Below, piece after piece: positions 1 to 9,352 of a stretch of DNA of 22,999 bases. Within the stretch, counting starts at the first letter, position 1. Each line of letters opens with the position of its first letter. Source of the stretch: a virus. Taxonomy: Duplodnaviria; Heunggongvirae; Uroviricota; Caudoviricetes. The position numbers and the translations under genes were made by a program. The DNA lies in IMG/VR virus record IMGVR_UViG_2706794690_000005; one strand, 5' to 3'. The notes below the pieces were generated by a model. That model made no database searches, was not told the DNA's origin, and worked only from the letters and a program-made list of their open reading frames with translations.

Positions 1-102
1 TTTCATAAGGAACAGTGAAGTAAGATCTAAGAGGAGTTAAATTTTATACAGTATAATCATAATATTGCAGCAAGGTGGTTATAATTGAAAGAATATTTAG
101 AT

Positions 103-1560
103 ATGAATACATCTCATGTAAGAGTTGTTACTCATATGTGTGGGTTCCTGGTTTGGCTCTATAGTCTTTCAATGTTGCCACCAATGGTTGTAGCATTGTT
201 TTATAAAGAAAAAAGCCTGTTCGTTTTCTTTATAACTTTCGTTATATTTTTTTGCATTGGTGGCGGAGCGTGGTATACAACTAAGAAATCTGGCATTCAA
301 TTACGTACCCGTGATGGGTTTATTATAATTGTAATGTTTTGGATTTTGTTTTCTGTTATTAGTGCATTCCCTTTATGGATTGACTCAGAACTTAATTTAA
401 CGTTCATTGATGCTCTGTTTGAAGGGGTTTCTGGAATAACAACAACAGGAGCAACTGTAATTGATGATGTTAGTTCATTACCTCGGGCATATTTGTACTA
501 TCGGTCACAGTTAAATTTTATAGGTGGTTTAGGAGTTATTGTTCTGGCGGTTGCAGTATTGCCATTATTGGGTATTGGTGGTGCAAAGCTTTATCAGTCA
601 GAAATGCCGGGGCCATTTAAGGATGACAAACTCACTCCCCGCCTGGCCGATACGTCACGGACACTGTGGATAACTTATTCTTTATTAGGTATTGCTTGTA
701 TTGTCTGTTATAGACTTGCAGGAATGCCTTTGTTTGATGCTATTTGTCACGGGATTTCCACAGTTTCGCTTGGTGGTTTCTCAACTCATAGCGAGAGTAT
801 CGGATATTTTAATAACTATTTGGTTGAGCTGGTGGCTGGTTCTTTTTCCCTGCTATCGGCTTTCAACTTCACTCTTTGGTATATTGTTATTAGCAGAAAA
901 ACGATAAAACCTTTAATCAGAGATATTGAACTTCGTTTCTTTCTGTTAATAGCCTTAGGGGTGATCATTGTTACCTCTTTCCAGGTCTGGCATATAGGTA
1001 TGTATGACTTGCATGGAAGTTTTATTCATTCGTTTTTTCTTGCCAGCTCCATGCTCACTGATAATGGTTTAGCTACGCAGGATTATGCAAACTGGCCCAC
1101 GCACACGATAGTGTTTTTGCTGTTGTCAAGTTTCTTTGGGGGATGTATAGGTTCAACCTGTGGTGGAATTAAGTCACTTCGATTTCTTATACTTTTCAAA
1201 CAAAGCAAACACGAGATAAATCAGCTTTCTCATCCCAGAGCGTTGTTGAGTGTAAATGTAGGAGGGAAGATAGTTACAGATCGTGTAATGAGGTCTGTAT
1301 GGAGTTTCTTTTTTCTTTATACTCTCTTCACGGTGTTTTTTATACTGGTGTTAAATGGTATGGGATATGATTTTCTTACATCATTTGCAACAGTGGCTGC
1401 ATGTATTAATAATATGGGATTAGGTTTTGGGGCTACTGCATCGTCATTCGGAGTGCTTAATGACATTGCAAAATATTTAATGTGCATAGCTATGATTCTT
1501 GGTCGCCTTGAAATTTATCCTGTTATTATATTGTTTTCAGGTTTTTTTTGGCGCTCCTAA
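103..1560 (+). CDS. trkG: Trk-family potassium uptake membrane protein (TrkG-like), prophage cargo gene
   Basis: 485-codon ORF from ATG 103 (ORF track begins at an upstream TTG at 85); very hydrophobic multi-pass membrane protein with repeated glycine-rich pore-like segments (GITTTGATV, GGLGVIV, LGGFSTH, IGSTCGGI) typical of TrkH/TrkG; markedly AT-rich compared with the rest of the window; matches my recollection of E. coli TrkG, which is carried by the Rac prophage. Confidence 0.8.
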   Translation: MNTSHVRVVTHMCGFLVWLYSLSMLPPMVVALFYKEKSLFVFFITFVIFFCIGGGAWYTTKKSGIQLRTRDGFIIIVMFWILFSVISAFPLWIDSELNLTFIDALFEGVSGITTTGATVIDDVSSLPRAYLYYRSQLNFIGGLGVIVLAVAVLPLLGIGGAKLYQSEMPGPFKDDKLTPRLADTSRTLWITYSLLGIACIVCYRLAGMPLFDAICHGISTVSLGGFSTHSESIGYFNNYLVELVAGSFSLLSAFNFTLWYIVISRKTIKPLIRDIELRFFLLIALGVIIVTSFQVWHIGMYDLHGSFIHSFFLASSMLTDNGLATQDYANWPTHTIVFLLLSSFFGGCIGSTCGGIKSLRFLILFKQSKHEINQLSHPRALLSVNVGGKIVTDRVMRSVWSFFFLYTLFTVFFILVLNGMGYDFLTSFATVAACINNMGLGFGATASSFGVLNDIAKYLMCIAMILGRLEIYPVIILFSGFFWRS

Positions 1561-1697
1561 TATATGGCTGATTTATAATTGTGAGTTTAATATTATGTTG
1601 ACTCACTCATTGATCCAATACCTAACTTTACCAGCAACACCTCCGCCCCCAGTAGCACTGGCTGCTGGGGTGCGTTTTATTCATAAAGCAAGGCTGT

Positions 1698-2486
1698 ATG
1701 AGCGAGAAATTAAAGATAGTCTATCGCCCATTACAAGAATTGTCACCGTATGCGCACAACGCCAGGACGCACAGTACTGAGCAGGTGGCACAACTGGTAG
1801 AAAGTATTAAGCAATTCGGCTGGACTAATCCGGTGCTGATTGACGAAAAGGGCGAAATTATTGCGGGTCACGGTCGTGTTATGGCGGCTGAAATGCTCAA
1901 AATGGATTCTGTTCCGGTCATTGTTCTGTCTGGCCTGACGGATGAGCAGAAAAAGGCGTACCGCCTGGCAGATAATCGCCTGCCGATGAATGCTGGCTGG
2001 GATGAAGATCTGTTGCGGATGGAGCTGTCGGACCTAATCAATGCTGATTTTGATGTCTCCCTGACAGGCTTCATCCCGGCAGAAATTGATGAACTGTTGA
2101 CGGATGTTTTGCCCGGTACAGGAAATGAGGAGGAGCCGTATACGACGAAAATTGATACGCCTGTTTATGAGCCGTCAGGCGGTAAACCGGATATCAGTGA
2201 ACTGTACGACGATACGAAAACTCAGGAGCTGATCAGCCGGATACGTTCGGCGTCCCTTGATCCTGATATTGAGAAATTCCTCCTGTGTGCAGCAGAACGT
2301 CACACGGTGTTTAATTTCAGCAGAATTGCGGACTATTACGCTCATGCCCCCGCTGAAATTCAGTGCCTTTTCGAGGAGTCGGCGCTGGTGATCATTGATT
2401 ATCAGCAGGCTATTGAAAATGGATTTGTCCGAATGACGCAGCGCATGGTGGAGATCATGCATGGCGGGGAGGAGGAATATGCGTGA
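1698..2486 (+). CDS. ParB-like nuclease domain protein (ParB/Srx N-terminal domain, uncharacterised C-terminal region)
   Basis: 262-aa ORF; N-terminal ~90 aa has the ParB N-terminal domain pattern (VYRPLQELSPYAHNARTHS...IIAGHGRVMAAEMLKMDSVPVIVL); stop overlaps the start of the next gene (ATGCGTGA); sits where YnaK-like genes lie in Rac-type prophages. Confidence 0.65.
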   Translation: MSEKLKIVYRPLQELSPYAHNARTHSTEQVAQLVESIKQFGWTNPVLIDEKGEIIAGHGRVMAAEMLKMDSVPVIVLSGLTDEQKKAYRLADNRLPMNAGWDEDLLRMELSDLINADFDVSLTGFIPAEIDELLTDVLPGTGNEEEPYTTKIDTPVYEPSGGKPDISELYDDTKTQELISRIRSASLDPDIEKFLLCAAERHTVFNFSRIADYYAHAPAEIQCLFEESALVIIDYQQAIENGFVRMTQRMVEIMHGGEEEYA

Positions 2487-3411
2487 TGATTTTTGCGCCT
2501 TTATTCTGACTCACGGGCGACCGGACAAAGTTCTGACTTACCGGACGTTGCGTCGTGCTGGCTATACCGGGAAAATTTTTATCGTTGTTGATGATGAAGA
2601 TAAGACACGGCATCAGTACATGGCTGAATTTGGTGAACAGGTGCTGGTATTTTCCAAAGCCGATATTGCTAGTCGTTTTGACGAAGCCGATAATTTTAGT
2701 GACCGCCGCTCAATTTTTTACGCCCGTAATGCCTGTTTCGACCAGGCAAAACTGGTCGGGTGTAAATACTTCATTCAGCTCGATGATGATTATCACGAGT
2801 TCCAGTTTCGGGTGGATCGCAACTATGACCAGGCCTATTTCCCGATAAGGAAACTGGATGAGATCCTTTCTGAAATGCTTGCGTACTACGAATCAATACC
2901 TGCTCTTTCCATCGCTATGTCGCAGGGCGGGGATTTTCTTGGTGACAATGGCGGCCATGCTTCGTGGGTGAAACGCAAGGCAATGAACAGCTTTATCTGT
3001 TCGGTTGATCGACCGTTCTCATTCATGGGGCGCATTAACGAGGATGTGAATACGTACACGAATCTCGGTCGCTGTGGTGAATTGTTTATGACGATCGGTG
3101 CTGTCCAGTTAGGGCAGAAACAGACGCAGAAAAACAGCGGCGGAATGACCGAGCTGTATCTGGATTCCGGAACCTACGTTAAAAGTTTTTACTCCGTCAT
3201 GTATGCGCCGTCGTGCGTAAAAATCTCACTTATGGGTGCCAGTCATAAACGCATTCACCATCAGGTCACCTGGAACAACGCTGCAGTAAAAATCCTTCAC
3301 GAAAAATACAGGAAGAAGACACCCTGCATATCAATGGGGGTGACAAATGATTCCGTATTCGAAAGTCGAGTCTCTGGCAGCGTGCCGGATGACTGCACAA
3401 CAAATCGCTGA
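2479..3411 (+). CDS. hypothetical protein, possible GT-A-like nucleotide-sugar transferase fold (DxD-type motif); function unknown
   Basis: ORF track 2461-3411; preferred start ATG 2479 preceded by GGAGGAGG and overlapping the upstream stop (translational coupling); N-terminal FILTHGRPDK and later hydrophobic stretch followed by DDD (YFIQLDDDY, about 2776-2793) resemble GT-A glycosyltransferase signatures; this is pattern recognition only. Confidence 0.45.
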   Translation: MRDDFCAFILTHGRPDKVLTYRTLRRAGYTGKIFIVVDDEDKTRHQYMAEFGEQVLVFSKADIASRFDEADNFSDRRSIFYARNACFDQAKLVGCKYFIQLDDDYHEFQFRVDRNYDQAYFPIRKLDEILSEMLAYYESIPALSIAMSQGGDFLGDNGGHASWVKRKAMNSFICSVDRPFSFMGRINEDVNTYTNLGRCGELFMTIGAVQLGQKQTQKNSGGMTELYLDSGTYVKSFYSVMYAPSCVKISLMGASHKRIHHQVTWNNAAVKILHEKYRKKTPCISMGVTNDSVFESRVSGSVPDDCTTNR

Positions 3412-3598
3412 CGTTCTGGATGTTGATCTGAACCGACTGAAAGAAAATCGGGAAGCAATGACAGATTTTTATGCGGCCATCCGTAAGGGCAGAGCGAAAG
3501 GTGAAGCCGAGTTACGAGCGGCATTGTTTAAGCTTGCCAGAAAAGGGGATGCCTTTGCTCTGCGCGAACTACTCAGGGTGGATAAAAATCAGGACTAA
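3347..3598 (+). CDS. small helix-turn-helix protein upstream of terminase (hypothetical)
   Basis: 83-aa ORF; alternative start ATG 3389; overlaps the 3' end of the preceding ORF by 23-65 nt; basic C-terminus; directly precedes the terminase small subunit gene. Confidence 0.4.
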   Translation: MIPYSKVESLAACRMTAQQIADVLDVDLNRLKENREAMTDFYAAIRKGRAKGEAELRAALFKLARKGDAFALRELLRVDKNQD

Positions 3599-3601
3599 CT
3601 G

Positions 3602-4696
3602 ATGAGCAGACCGGACTGGGGGGCGTTGCAGCAGGAGTATATTGCTGAATACACCCGCTCCGGTATATCTCCGGTGGCATGGTGTGAAGCAAGGGGACTG
3701 AATTACGCAACAGCCCGTCGTTACATCAAAAAAACTCCGAAAAATGCGCAGACAGAAATGTGCAAAACTGCGCAAAAAAGTGCGCAGAAAAAATCTGCGC
3801 AGACTGCACAAAAGCGGAACGAAAAATCTCAGGAAAAAAAGCCAGTATTCGATGCGGGCCTGAATGAGGGCGACGCGGAGGAATTTTCGTTCTGTCCCGA
3901 TGAATTCGGCATTTCTGACCAGCAGGCTAAGTTTGCGATGCTTGTTGCTCAGGGTAAAAAGCCGACAGAGGCGTACCGACTAGCCGGTTATGAGGGGCAA
4001 GGTGCGACAGCTAACAGCAACGCCAGTCGTATGCTTAGAAATGCCAGGGTTTTTCGCGCTATCAGCTACTTCCGCAATCAGTACCAGAAACGCTATACCG
4101 CAGACCTGGATTTACTAGTGAGTCAGTTGATGGCTATTGTCCTGGCCGACCCCAATCAGCTTGCACAATTTCGCCGTGTTAACTGCCGTTATTGCTGGGG
4201 CGAGAATCATCTCTACCAGTGGCGCGATATAGCAGAATTCGACAAGGCAGCGGCGCAGGCTTCCAGAGATGGCAAACCCGAACCGGAATATGGAGGCCTC
4301 GGCTTTGTTGATAACGCCATACCCAATCCGGACTGCCCGAAGTGCTGCGGTGAGGGAACGGGACAGCTTTATATGGCTGATACCACTCTGCTTGATGGGG
4401 ATGCGCGGCAATTATATGCAGGGGCAAAATTCGGAAAATTCGGCGTTGAGATCCTGCTGGAGGATAAGGCTGCCGCCCGGCGTGAATTGTTGCGTTTGTT
4501 TTCTGCTGGCGGGGCTTTATGTGCAGATAAGCGGCTACGGGAACTGGAAATTGAACGGCGCAGAATGGAAAACCAGAAGCTGCGCAAAGAGATCGAAACG
4601 GTGGAAGATAATGAACATCCCCAGCCTGTGGCGATCAATATTAATGTGGTTGATGCCAGAGTAAGGAGTGATGAAGATGATCTCTCCGACGCTTAA
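3602..4696 (+). CDS. terminase small subunit
   Basis: 364-aa ORF; N-terminal HTH-like region; central segment (KPTEAYRLAGYEGQGATANSNASRMLRNARVFRAISYF) resembles the terminase small subunit (Terminase_2-type) signature; immediately upstream of and overlapping the large terminase gene. Confidence 0.6.
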   Translation: MSRPDWGALQQEYIAEYTRSGISPVAWCEARGLNYATARRYIKKTPKNAQTEMCKTAQKSAQKKSAQTAQKRNEKSQEKKPVFDAGLNEGDAEEFSFCPDEFGISDQQAKFAMLVAQGKKPTEAYRLAGYEGQGATANSNASRMLRNARVFRAISYFRNQYQKRYTADLDLLVSQLMAIVLADPNQLAQFRRVNCRYCWGENHLYQWRDIAEFDKAAAQASRDGKPEPEYGGLGFVDNAIPNPDCPKCCGEGTGQLYMADTTLLDGDARQLYAGAKFGKFGVEILLEDKAAARRELLRLFSAGGALCADKRLRELEIERRRMENQKLRKEIETVEDNEHPQPVAININVVDARVRSDEDDLSDA

Positions 4697-5978
4697 TGTG
4701 CCTCAGGCGCGATTTCTTTCAATGCCCCATAAATTTAAAGCCTATATTGCTGGTTTTGGCTCGGGCAAAACATGGGTTGGGTGTGGCGGCATATGCAAGG
4801 GGATTTGGGAGCATCCAGGTATAAATCAGGGATATTTTGCGCCAACGTATCCCCAAATTCGCGATATTTTTTACCCTACAGTGGAAGAAGTTGCTGCTGA
4901 CTGGGGATTGAACGTAAAAATTAATGAGGGAAATAAAGAGGTTCACTTTTATTACGGACGCCAGTATCGGGGAACCACTATCTGCAGATCGATGGAGAAG
5001 CCACAAACGATCGTCGGTTTCAAAATTGGTAATGCGTTGGTGGATGAACTGGACATTTTGCCGAAGGAAAAAGCCAGAACGGCGTGGCGCAAGATAATTG
5101 CACGTATGCGTTATAAGATTGATGGACTTCGCAACGGTATTGACGTTACAACCACGCCGGAAGGATTCAAATTTGTCTACGAGCAGTTTGTTAAAGCCGT
5201 GCGTGAAAAAACAGAGCTGGCCTCACTGTATGGTCTGGTGCAGGCATCTACTTTCGATAATGAAAAGAACCTGCCAGCAGATTACATTCCTTCGCTTCTT
5301 GAATCATACCCTCCAGAGCTGATTAAAGCCTATCTTCGAGGACAGTTTACTAACCTGACAAGTGGTACTGTTTACCATCAGTTTGACCGGAAACTGAATA
5401 ATTGCGAAGAAGTGGAGCAGCCAGGGGAGCCGATTTATATTGGGATGGATTTTAACGTTGGAAAGATGGCGGGAATCGTCCATGTGCTGCGTTTGGGGCT
5501 TCCATGTGCGGTAACTGAAATCATCAATGCCTACGATACGCCGGATATGATCCGCATCATTAAAGAACGCTTCTGGCTGTATGATGGGAATGATTACCGG
5601 AAAGTGAGGGAAATTTATATTTATCCAGATGCTTCCGGGGATTCCAGAAAATCAAGTAACGCAAGTACGACGGATATAGCCCAGCTTAAGCAGGCTGGTT
5701 TTAACGTTGTGGTGAACAGCTCGAACCCGCCAGTAAAAGATCGCGTTAACTCAATGAATGCAATGTTCTGCAATGCCAATGGTGAGCGTCGCTATAAAGT
5801 TAATGTGAAGCGTTGCCCGTTATATGCCGAATCTCTGGAGCAACAGGTCTGGGATGAGAAGGGGGAGCCTGATAAAAAATCTGGCAATGATCACCCGAAT
5901 GATGCCGGAGGTTATTTCATCGTTAAGCAATTCCCTATTGTCAAACCGACCGGAAGAGTCACATCACTTCGGATTTAA
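4668..5978 (+). CDS. terminase large subunit (ATPase/nuclease)
   Basis: 436-aa ORF; Walker A-like motif GFGSGKT near the N-terminus (about 4749-4772); size and position (after small terminase, before portal) typical; start may be one of ATG 4668/4671/4677. Confidence 0.75.
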   Translation: MMKMISPTLNVPQARFLSMPHKFKAYIAGFGSGKTWVGCGGICKGIWEHPGINQGYFAPTYPQIRDIFYPTVEEVAADWGLNVKINEGNKEVHFYYGRQYRGTTICRSMEKPQTIVGFKIGNALVDELDILPKEKARTAWRKIIARMRYKIDGLRNGIDVTTTPEGFKFVYEQFVKAVREKTELASLYGLVQASTFDNEKNLPADYIPSLLESYPPELIKAYLRGQFTNLTSGTVYHQFDRKLNNCEEVEQPGEPIYIGMDFNVGKMAGIVHVLRLGLPCAVTEIINAYDTPDMIRIIKERFWLYDGNDYRKVREIYIYPDASGDSRKSSNASTTDIAQLKQAGFNVVVNSSNPPVKDRVNSMNAMFCNANGERRYKVNVKRCPLYAESLEQQVWDEKGEPDKKSGNDHPNDAGGYFIVKQFPIVKPTGRVTSLRI

Positions 5979-5980
5979 TT

Positions 5981-7387
5981 ATGGCTGATATATCAACACC
6001 CAACCTCGACTATAACGATATGCTGGAGGCGTGGGATATTAACGACGCACTGATGGGCGGTACGCTTGAAATGCGCAGGCAGGGGGAAAATTATCTCCCA
6101 AAATGGCCTAACGAAGATGAAGACGCTTATAAAAAACGCCTGTCTGTGGCTACGCTACTTCCTGTGTATGAAGAAAGCATCAAGCAAAATATTGGGCGCA
6201 TATTTGCAGAGCCGACAGTATTGAGTGAGGAAACGCCGGCAAAAATCAGGGAATATGCAGAAAATATCGACATGGAGGGGAGCCGACTGGATGTGTGGGC
6301 GCAGCAATTTTTCAGCCTCGCATTTCAGTATGGTGTGGCACATGCGCTGGTGGACTATCCACGAACGGATATGAAAGAGATTCGGACAAAAGCCGATGAA
6401 AACGCGACCGGTGGTCGTCCGTACGTTACGATGCTGAATCCACGCCAGGTTATTGGATGGAAATCGAAAGTTGAAAAAGGGAAAGTTGTTCTCACTGATT
6501 TGCGTATAAAAGAGGTCATCATTATTGATGGTGATGATTTCGGGCAGAAGAAGGTGGAGCAGATCCGCCATATTATGCCCCGTCGAGTTGAAATTTATCG
6601 ACGTAGCGAAGGCACTAATGGCGAATCTGTCTGGACGCTTCATGAGTCATGGAATACCAGCCGTGATGATATTCCTCTGGTAACACTGTACACGAAGAAA
6701 ACAGGATTTATGCGTGGTACACCGCCATTGCTTAATCTTGGCTTGCTGAATATCAAGCACTGGCAAAGCCAGAGCGAGCAGGACAATATTCTTCATGTTG
6801 CCCGCGTTCCATTGCTGGTGGCCTACGGGCTGGACAGGAATGAAGAACTGACGGTTGGTGCATCCACCGCTACGATTTTTGAGGACAGAACAAAAAATGG
6901 CCTCGAATATGTTGAACATAGTGGCGCAGCGATAGAATCTGGCGAAACATCACTTGAGAAGCTGGAAAATCAGATGCGTCATGCCGGCGCTAAACTTCTG
7001 CGTGCTGAAAATACATCCACCAAATCTGTTGATCAGACTAATGAAGAGCGAATGCAGGAAAACTCGCCGCTTTATACAATGGCGAACTCCCTCGAAGATG
7101 CCCTCGATAATATTCTCCAGATAATGGCGGAATGGATCGGAGAGAGTTGCGGTGGCAATGTGGATGTGCGCACTGAACTGGATGTATCTGCCCAGGTGTT
7201 TGACTCATCCTCCGCGCTGGCTGTTCAGTCATTGCGTCAGGGCGGTGATATACGTCAGATTGATGCGGTTCGGGTGTTGCAGGCGTTGAAATTTATCGAT
7301 CAGGATTCCCGTCCAGAGGAAGTGATCGATGAATTAAAAAATCAGAGTGTAATGCTGATGGAAATCAATGATGCAAACCGTGAATGA
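5981..7387 (+). CDS. portal protein
   Basis: 468-aa ORF starting 2 nt after the terminase large subunit stop; acidic C-terminus; canonical position between terminase and head morphogenesis genes. Confidence 0.65.
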   Translation: MADISTPNLDYNDMLEAWDINDALMGGTLEMRRQGENYLPKWPNEDEDAYKKRLSVATLLPVYEESIKQNIGRIFAEPTVLSEETPAKIREYAENIDMEGSRLDVWAQQFFSLAFQYGVAHALVDYPRTDMKEIRTKADENATGGRPYVTMLNPRQVIGWKSKVEKGKVVLTDLRIKEVIIIDGDDFGQKKVEQIRHIMPRRVEIYRRSEGTNGESVWTLHESWNTSRDDIPLVTLYTKKTGFMRGTPPLLNLGLLNIKHWQSQSEQDNILHVARVPLLVAYGLDRNEELTVGASTATIFEDRTKNGLEYVEHSGAAIESGETSLEKLENQMRHAGAKLLRAENTSTKSVDQTNEERMQENSPLYTMANSLEDALDNILQIMAEWIGESCGGNVDVRTELDVSAQVFDSSSALAVQSLRQGGDIRQIDAVRVLQALKFIDQDSRPEEVIDELKNQSVMLMEINDANRE

Positions 7388-8483
7388 ACGGCTGCGTGAT
7401 GAATCAATTGCTCATGCAGTCTGGATATCCCGCTATAGCACTGGCGTGGCTGCCAGAATGGTGAAAATACTGAATGACAGCGATGCGGAACTTACTGCTC
7501 GCCTGCTGATAGCACTGGACAGCCTCGATCCAGGTAGTTTTACCGTTAAGCGCCTGGAGTCACTTCTGGCGAGCGTCAGAGAGGTTAACCGCACTGCTAT
7601 TAACAGCATGTTTACCAGTCTCTCCGGAGAGCTGAACGAGCTGGCAATTTATGAGGCTGGTTATCAGTTAAGTCTGTTTGATTCTATGCTACCTGATTTT
7701 GTTGCTGATGTTCACCCTCTGGTTGGTATCTCTCCTGATGCACTTTATGCCGCTGCAATGGCGCGACCATTCCAGGGACGACTGCTCAGTGAGTGGGCCT
7801 CAGATCTTGAGGCGGATCGGCTCAGACGCATAACAAATACAGTGCGTCAGGGTTTTTTGCTGGGGGATACCAATGAGCAGATCGCAAGAAAAATTCGGGG
7901 ACATGTCAGTAAGGGATTTCAGGATGGTGCATTGCAGATGAGCCGGGCTAATGCGGCCAGCATTGCAAAAACAGCGGTTGGACATCTTGCTGCTACTGCC
8001 CGTGAGAGTTTTGCCAGCGCGAATAATGATTTGATTAAGGGTAAGCAATGGTTATCAACGCTTGATAATCGTACTACGCCACAATGTCGAATCAGGGATC
8101 GCCTCAAATATACGCTGAATAATAAACCTGTAGGTCACAGCGTGCCTTATTTGCAGGGGCCGGGAAAAATTCATTTCTGCTGCCGCTCAACGGAAACGTT
8201 CATTCTGAAATCAGCGAAGGAACTGGGTATTGATGTTCGCGATATTTCCCCGGCTGAGCGGGCCAGCATGGATGGCGTGGTGGCCGGAGATACAACCTAC
8301 AGGGAATGGTTTTTGCGTCAGCCTTACACCAGACAAAAACAGATTGTGGGGGAAAGCCGAGCAAAGCTGATTCGGGATGGTGGTATGTCGCCAGATGAAT
8401 TTTACACCGATAAAGGCGAATGGCTGACGCTGAAGCAGCTCCGTGAGCGTGATGCACAGGTATTCAGAAAAGCAGGGATTTAA
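7368..8483 (+). CDS. head morphogenesis / minor capsid protein (phage Mu F-like family)
   Basis: 371-aa ORF overlapping the portal gene 3' end by 20 nt; central region resembles Mu gpF / SPP1 gp7-type minor head proteins; position after portal. Confidence 0.6.
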   Translation: MMQTVNERLRDESIAHAVWISRYSTGVAARMVKILNDSDAELTARLLIALDSLDPGSFTVKRLESLLASVREVNRTAINSMFTSLSGELNELAIYEAGYQLSLFDSMLPDFVADVHPLVGISPDALYAAAMARPFQGRLLSEWASDLEADRLRRITNTVRQGFLLGDTNEQIARKIRGHVSKGFQDGALQMSRANAASIAKTAVGHLAATARESFASANNDLIKGKQWLSTLDNRTTPQCRIRDRLKYTLNNKPVGHSVPYLQGPGKIHFCCRSTETFILKSAKELGIDVRDISPAERASMDGVVAGDTTYREWFLRQPYTRQKQIVGESRAKLIRDGGMSPDEFYTDKGEWLTLKQLRERDAQVFRKAGI

Positions 8484-8502
8484 ATAAATCATTTATTACA
8501 AC

Positions 8503-8530
8503 AGGCTACCTTCGGGTGGCCTTTTTTATT
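8503..8530 (+). terminator. putative rho-independent terminator (UUCG-loop hairpin plus T-run)
   Basis: AGGCTACC-TTCG-GGTGGCCT stem-loop (one G-U pair) followed by TTTTTTATT, about 20 nt after the stop at 8483. Confidence 0.5.
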
Positions 8531-8587
8531 GCTGCGATCCGGATGGTGAGCAGCGTAACTGTCGGAAGACTTAAACCAGGTACTAAT

Positions 8588-9352
8588 ATGAAACTGAAAA
8601 CGGTCGAGATTAACGGAAAACAATACGCAGAAATTGATACTGCTGGCCTGCCAGTTTATGTGCACGACGATGGTAAAGAAATTGGCTTCGATGCACCGCT
8701 GGCGACAAAAAAAATTACAGAGCTTAATGGCGAGGCAAAAAATCATCGCCTGGCTAAAGAAGCTGCAGAGGAAAAACTGGCTAAGTTTGCCGCTATCGAA
8801 GACCCGAAGAAGGCGATCGAGGCACTGGAAATGCTGTCAAAAATCGACCAGAAAAAGCTGCTCGATGCGGGACAGGTTGACCAGGTTAAGGCAGAAATTA
8901 CGAAAAATTTTCAGCAGCAATTAGATGAAGAAAAGCAACGCTCTCAGATGCTGGAGAAGCAGCTTTACGATTCTATGATTGGCGGTAGTTTTGCGGGTTC
9001 AAAATATATTGCCGATAAAATTGCGATTCCGGCAGATTTATTACAAGCCCGCTTCGGGCAGGCATTCAAAGTGGAAGAAGGGAGGATCGTTGCTTATGAC
9101 GCTTCCGGCAACAAAATTTATTCCCGCGCGAAGCCTGGCGAACTGGCGCAGTTTGATGAGGCGCTGGAGTTCCTTGTCGAAAATTACCCTCAGAAAGACT
9201 ACATCCTGAAAGCCAGTGGCAACAATGGCGGCGGCTCCCGTCCGACACAGCATGATATTGGTCAGAAAACGATGAAACGCTCTGCTTTTGATGCACTGGA
9301 TGTTGCAGGTAAGCAAAACGCATTGAAAGACGGTATCACAATCGTTGATTAA
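8588..9352 (+). CDS. putative scaffolding protein
   Basis: ORF track 8516-9352; ATG 8588 preferred because upstream candidate starts lie inside or just after the terminator hairpin; charged, Ala/Lys/Glu-rich, predicted helical/coiled-coil; immediately upstream of the major capsid gene. Confidence 0.45.
   Translation: MKLKTVEINGKQYAEIDTAGLPVYVHDDGKEIGFDAPLATKKITELNGEAKNHRLAKEAAEEKLAKFAAIEDPKKAIEALEMLSKIDQKKLLDAGQVDQVKAEITKNFQQQLDEEKQRSQMLEKQLYDSMIGGSFAGSKYIADKIAIPADLLQARFGQAFKVEEGRIVAYDASGNKIYSRAKPGELAQFDEALEFLVENYPQKDYILKASGNNGGGSRPTQHDIGQKTMKRSAFDALDVAGKQNALKDGITIVD

Noticed and set aside
692-907. Short alternative-frame + ORFs inside trkG (692-907) and at its 3' end (1499-1780)
   Set aside because: Embedded in or overlapping a strongly supported membrane protein gene, with no ribosome-binding site or coding-like composition of their own.
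1574-1579. Perfect TATAAT hexamer in the trkG to ParB-like intergenic region; TTGACT at 1598-1603; TATAAT-like hexamer at 52-57 upstream of trkG
   Set aside because: No correctly spaced partner element found for any of them (no -35 at 17 bp before either TATAAT, no good -10 after TTGACT); in AT-rich DNA such hexamers occur by chance, so no promoter is called.
1868-2462. Minus-strand ORFs 1868-2074 and 2175-2462 inside the ParB-like gene
   Set aside because: Antisense to a gene with a recognisable domain; short; no start context.
4115-4664. Cluster of overlapping ORFs in both orientations inside the small terminase gene (4115-4411 -, 4179-4427 -, 4369-4638 -, 4269-4664 +)
   Set aside because: All lie within the terminase small subunit coding region and have low-complexity translations; treated as frame shadows.
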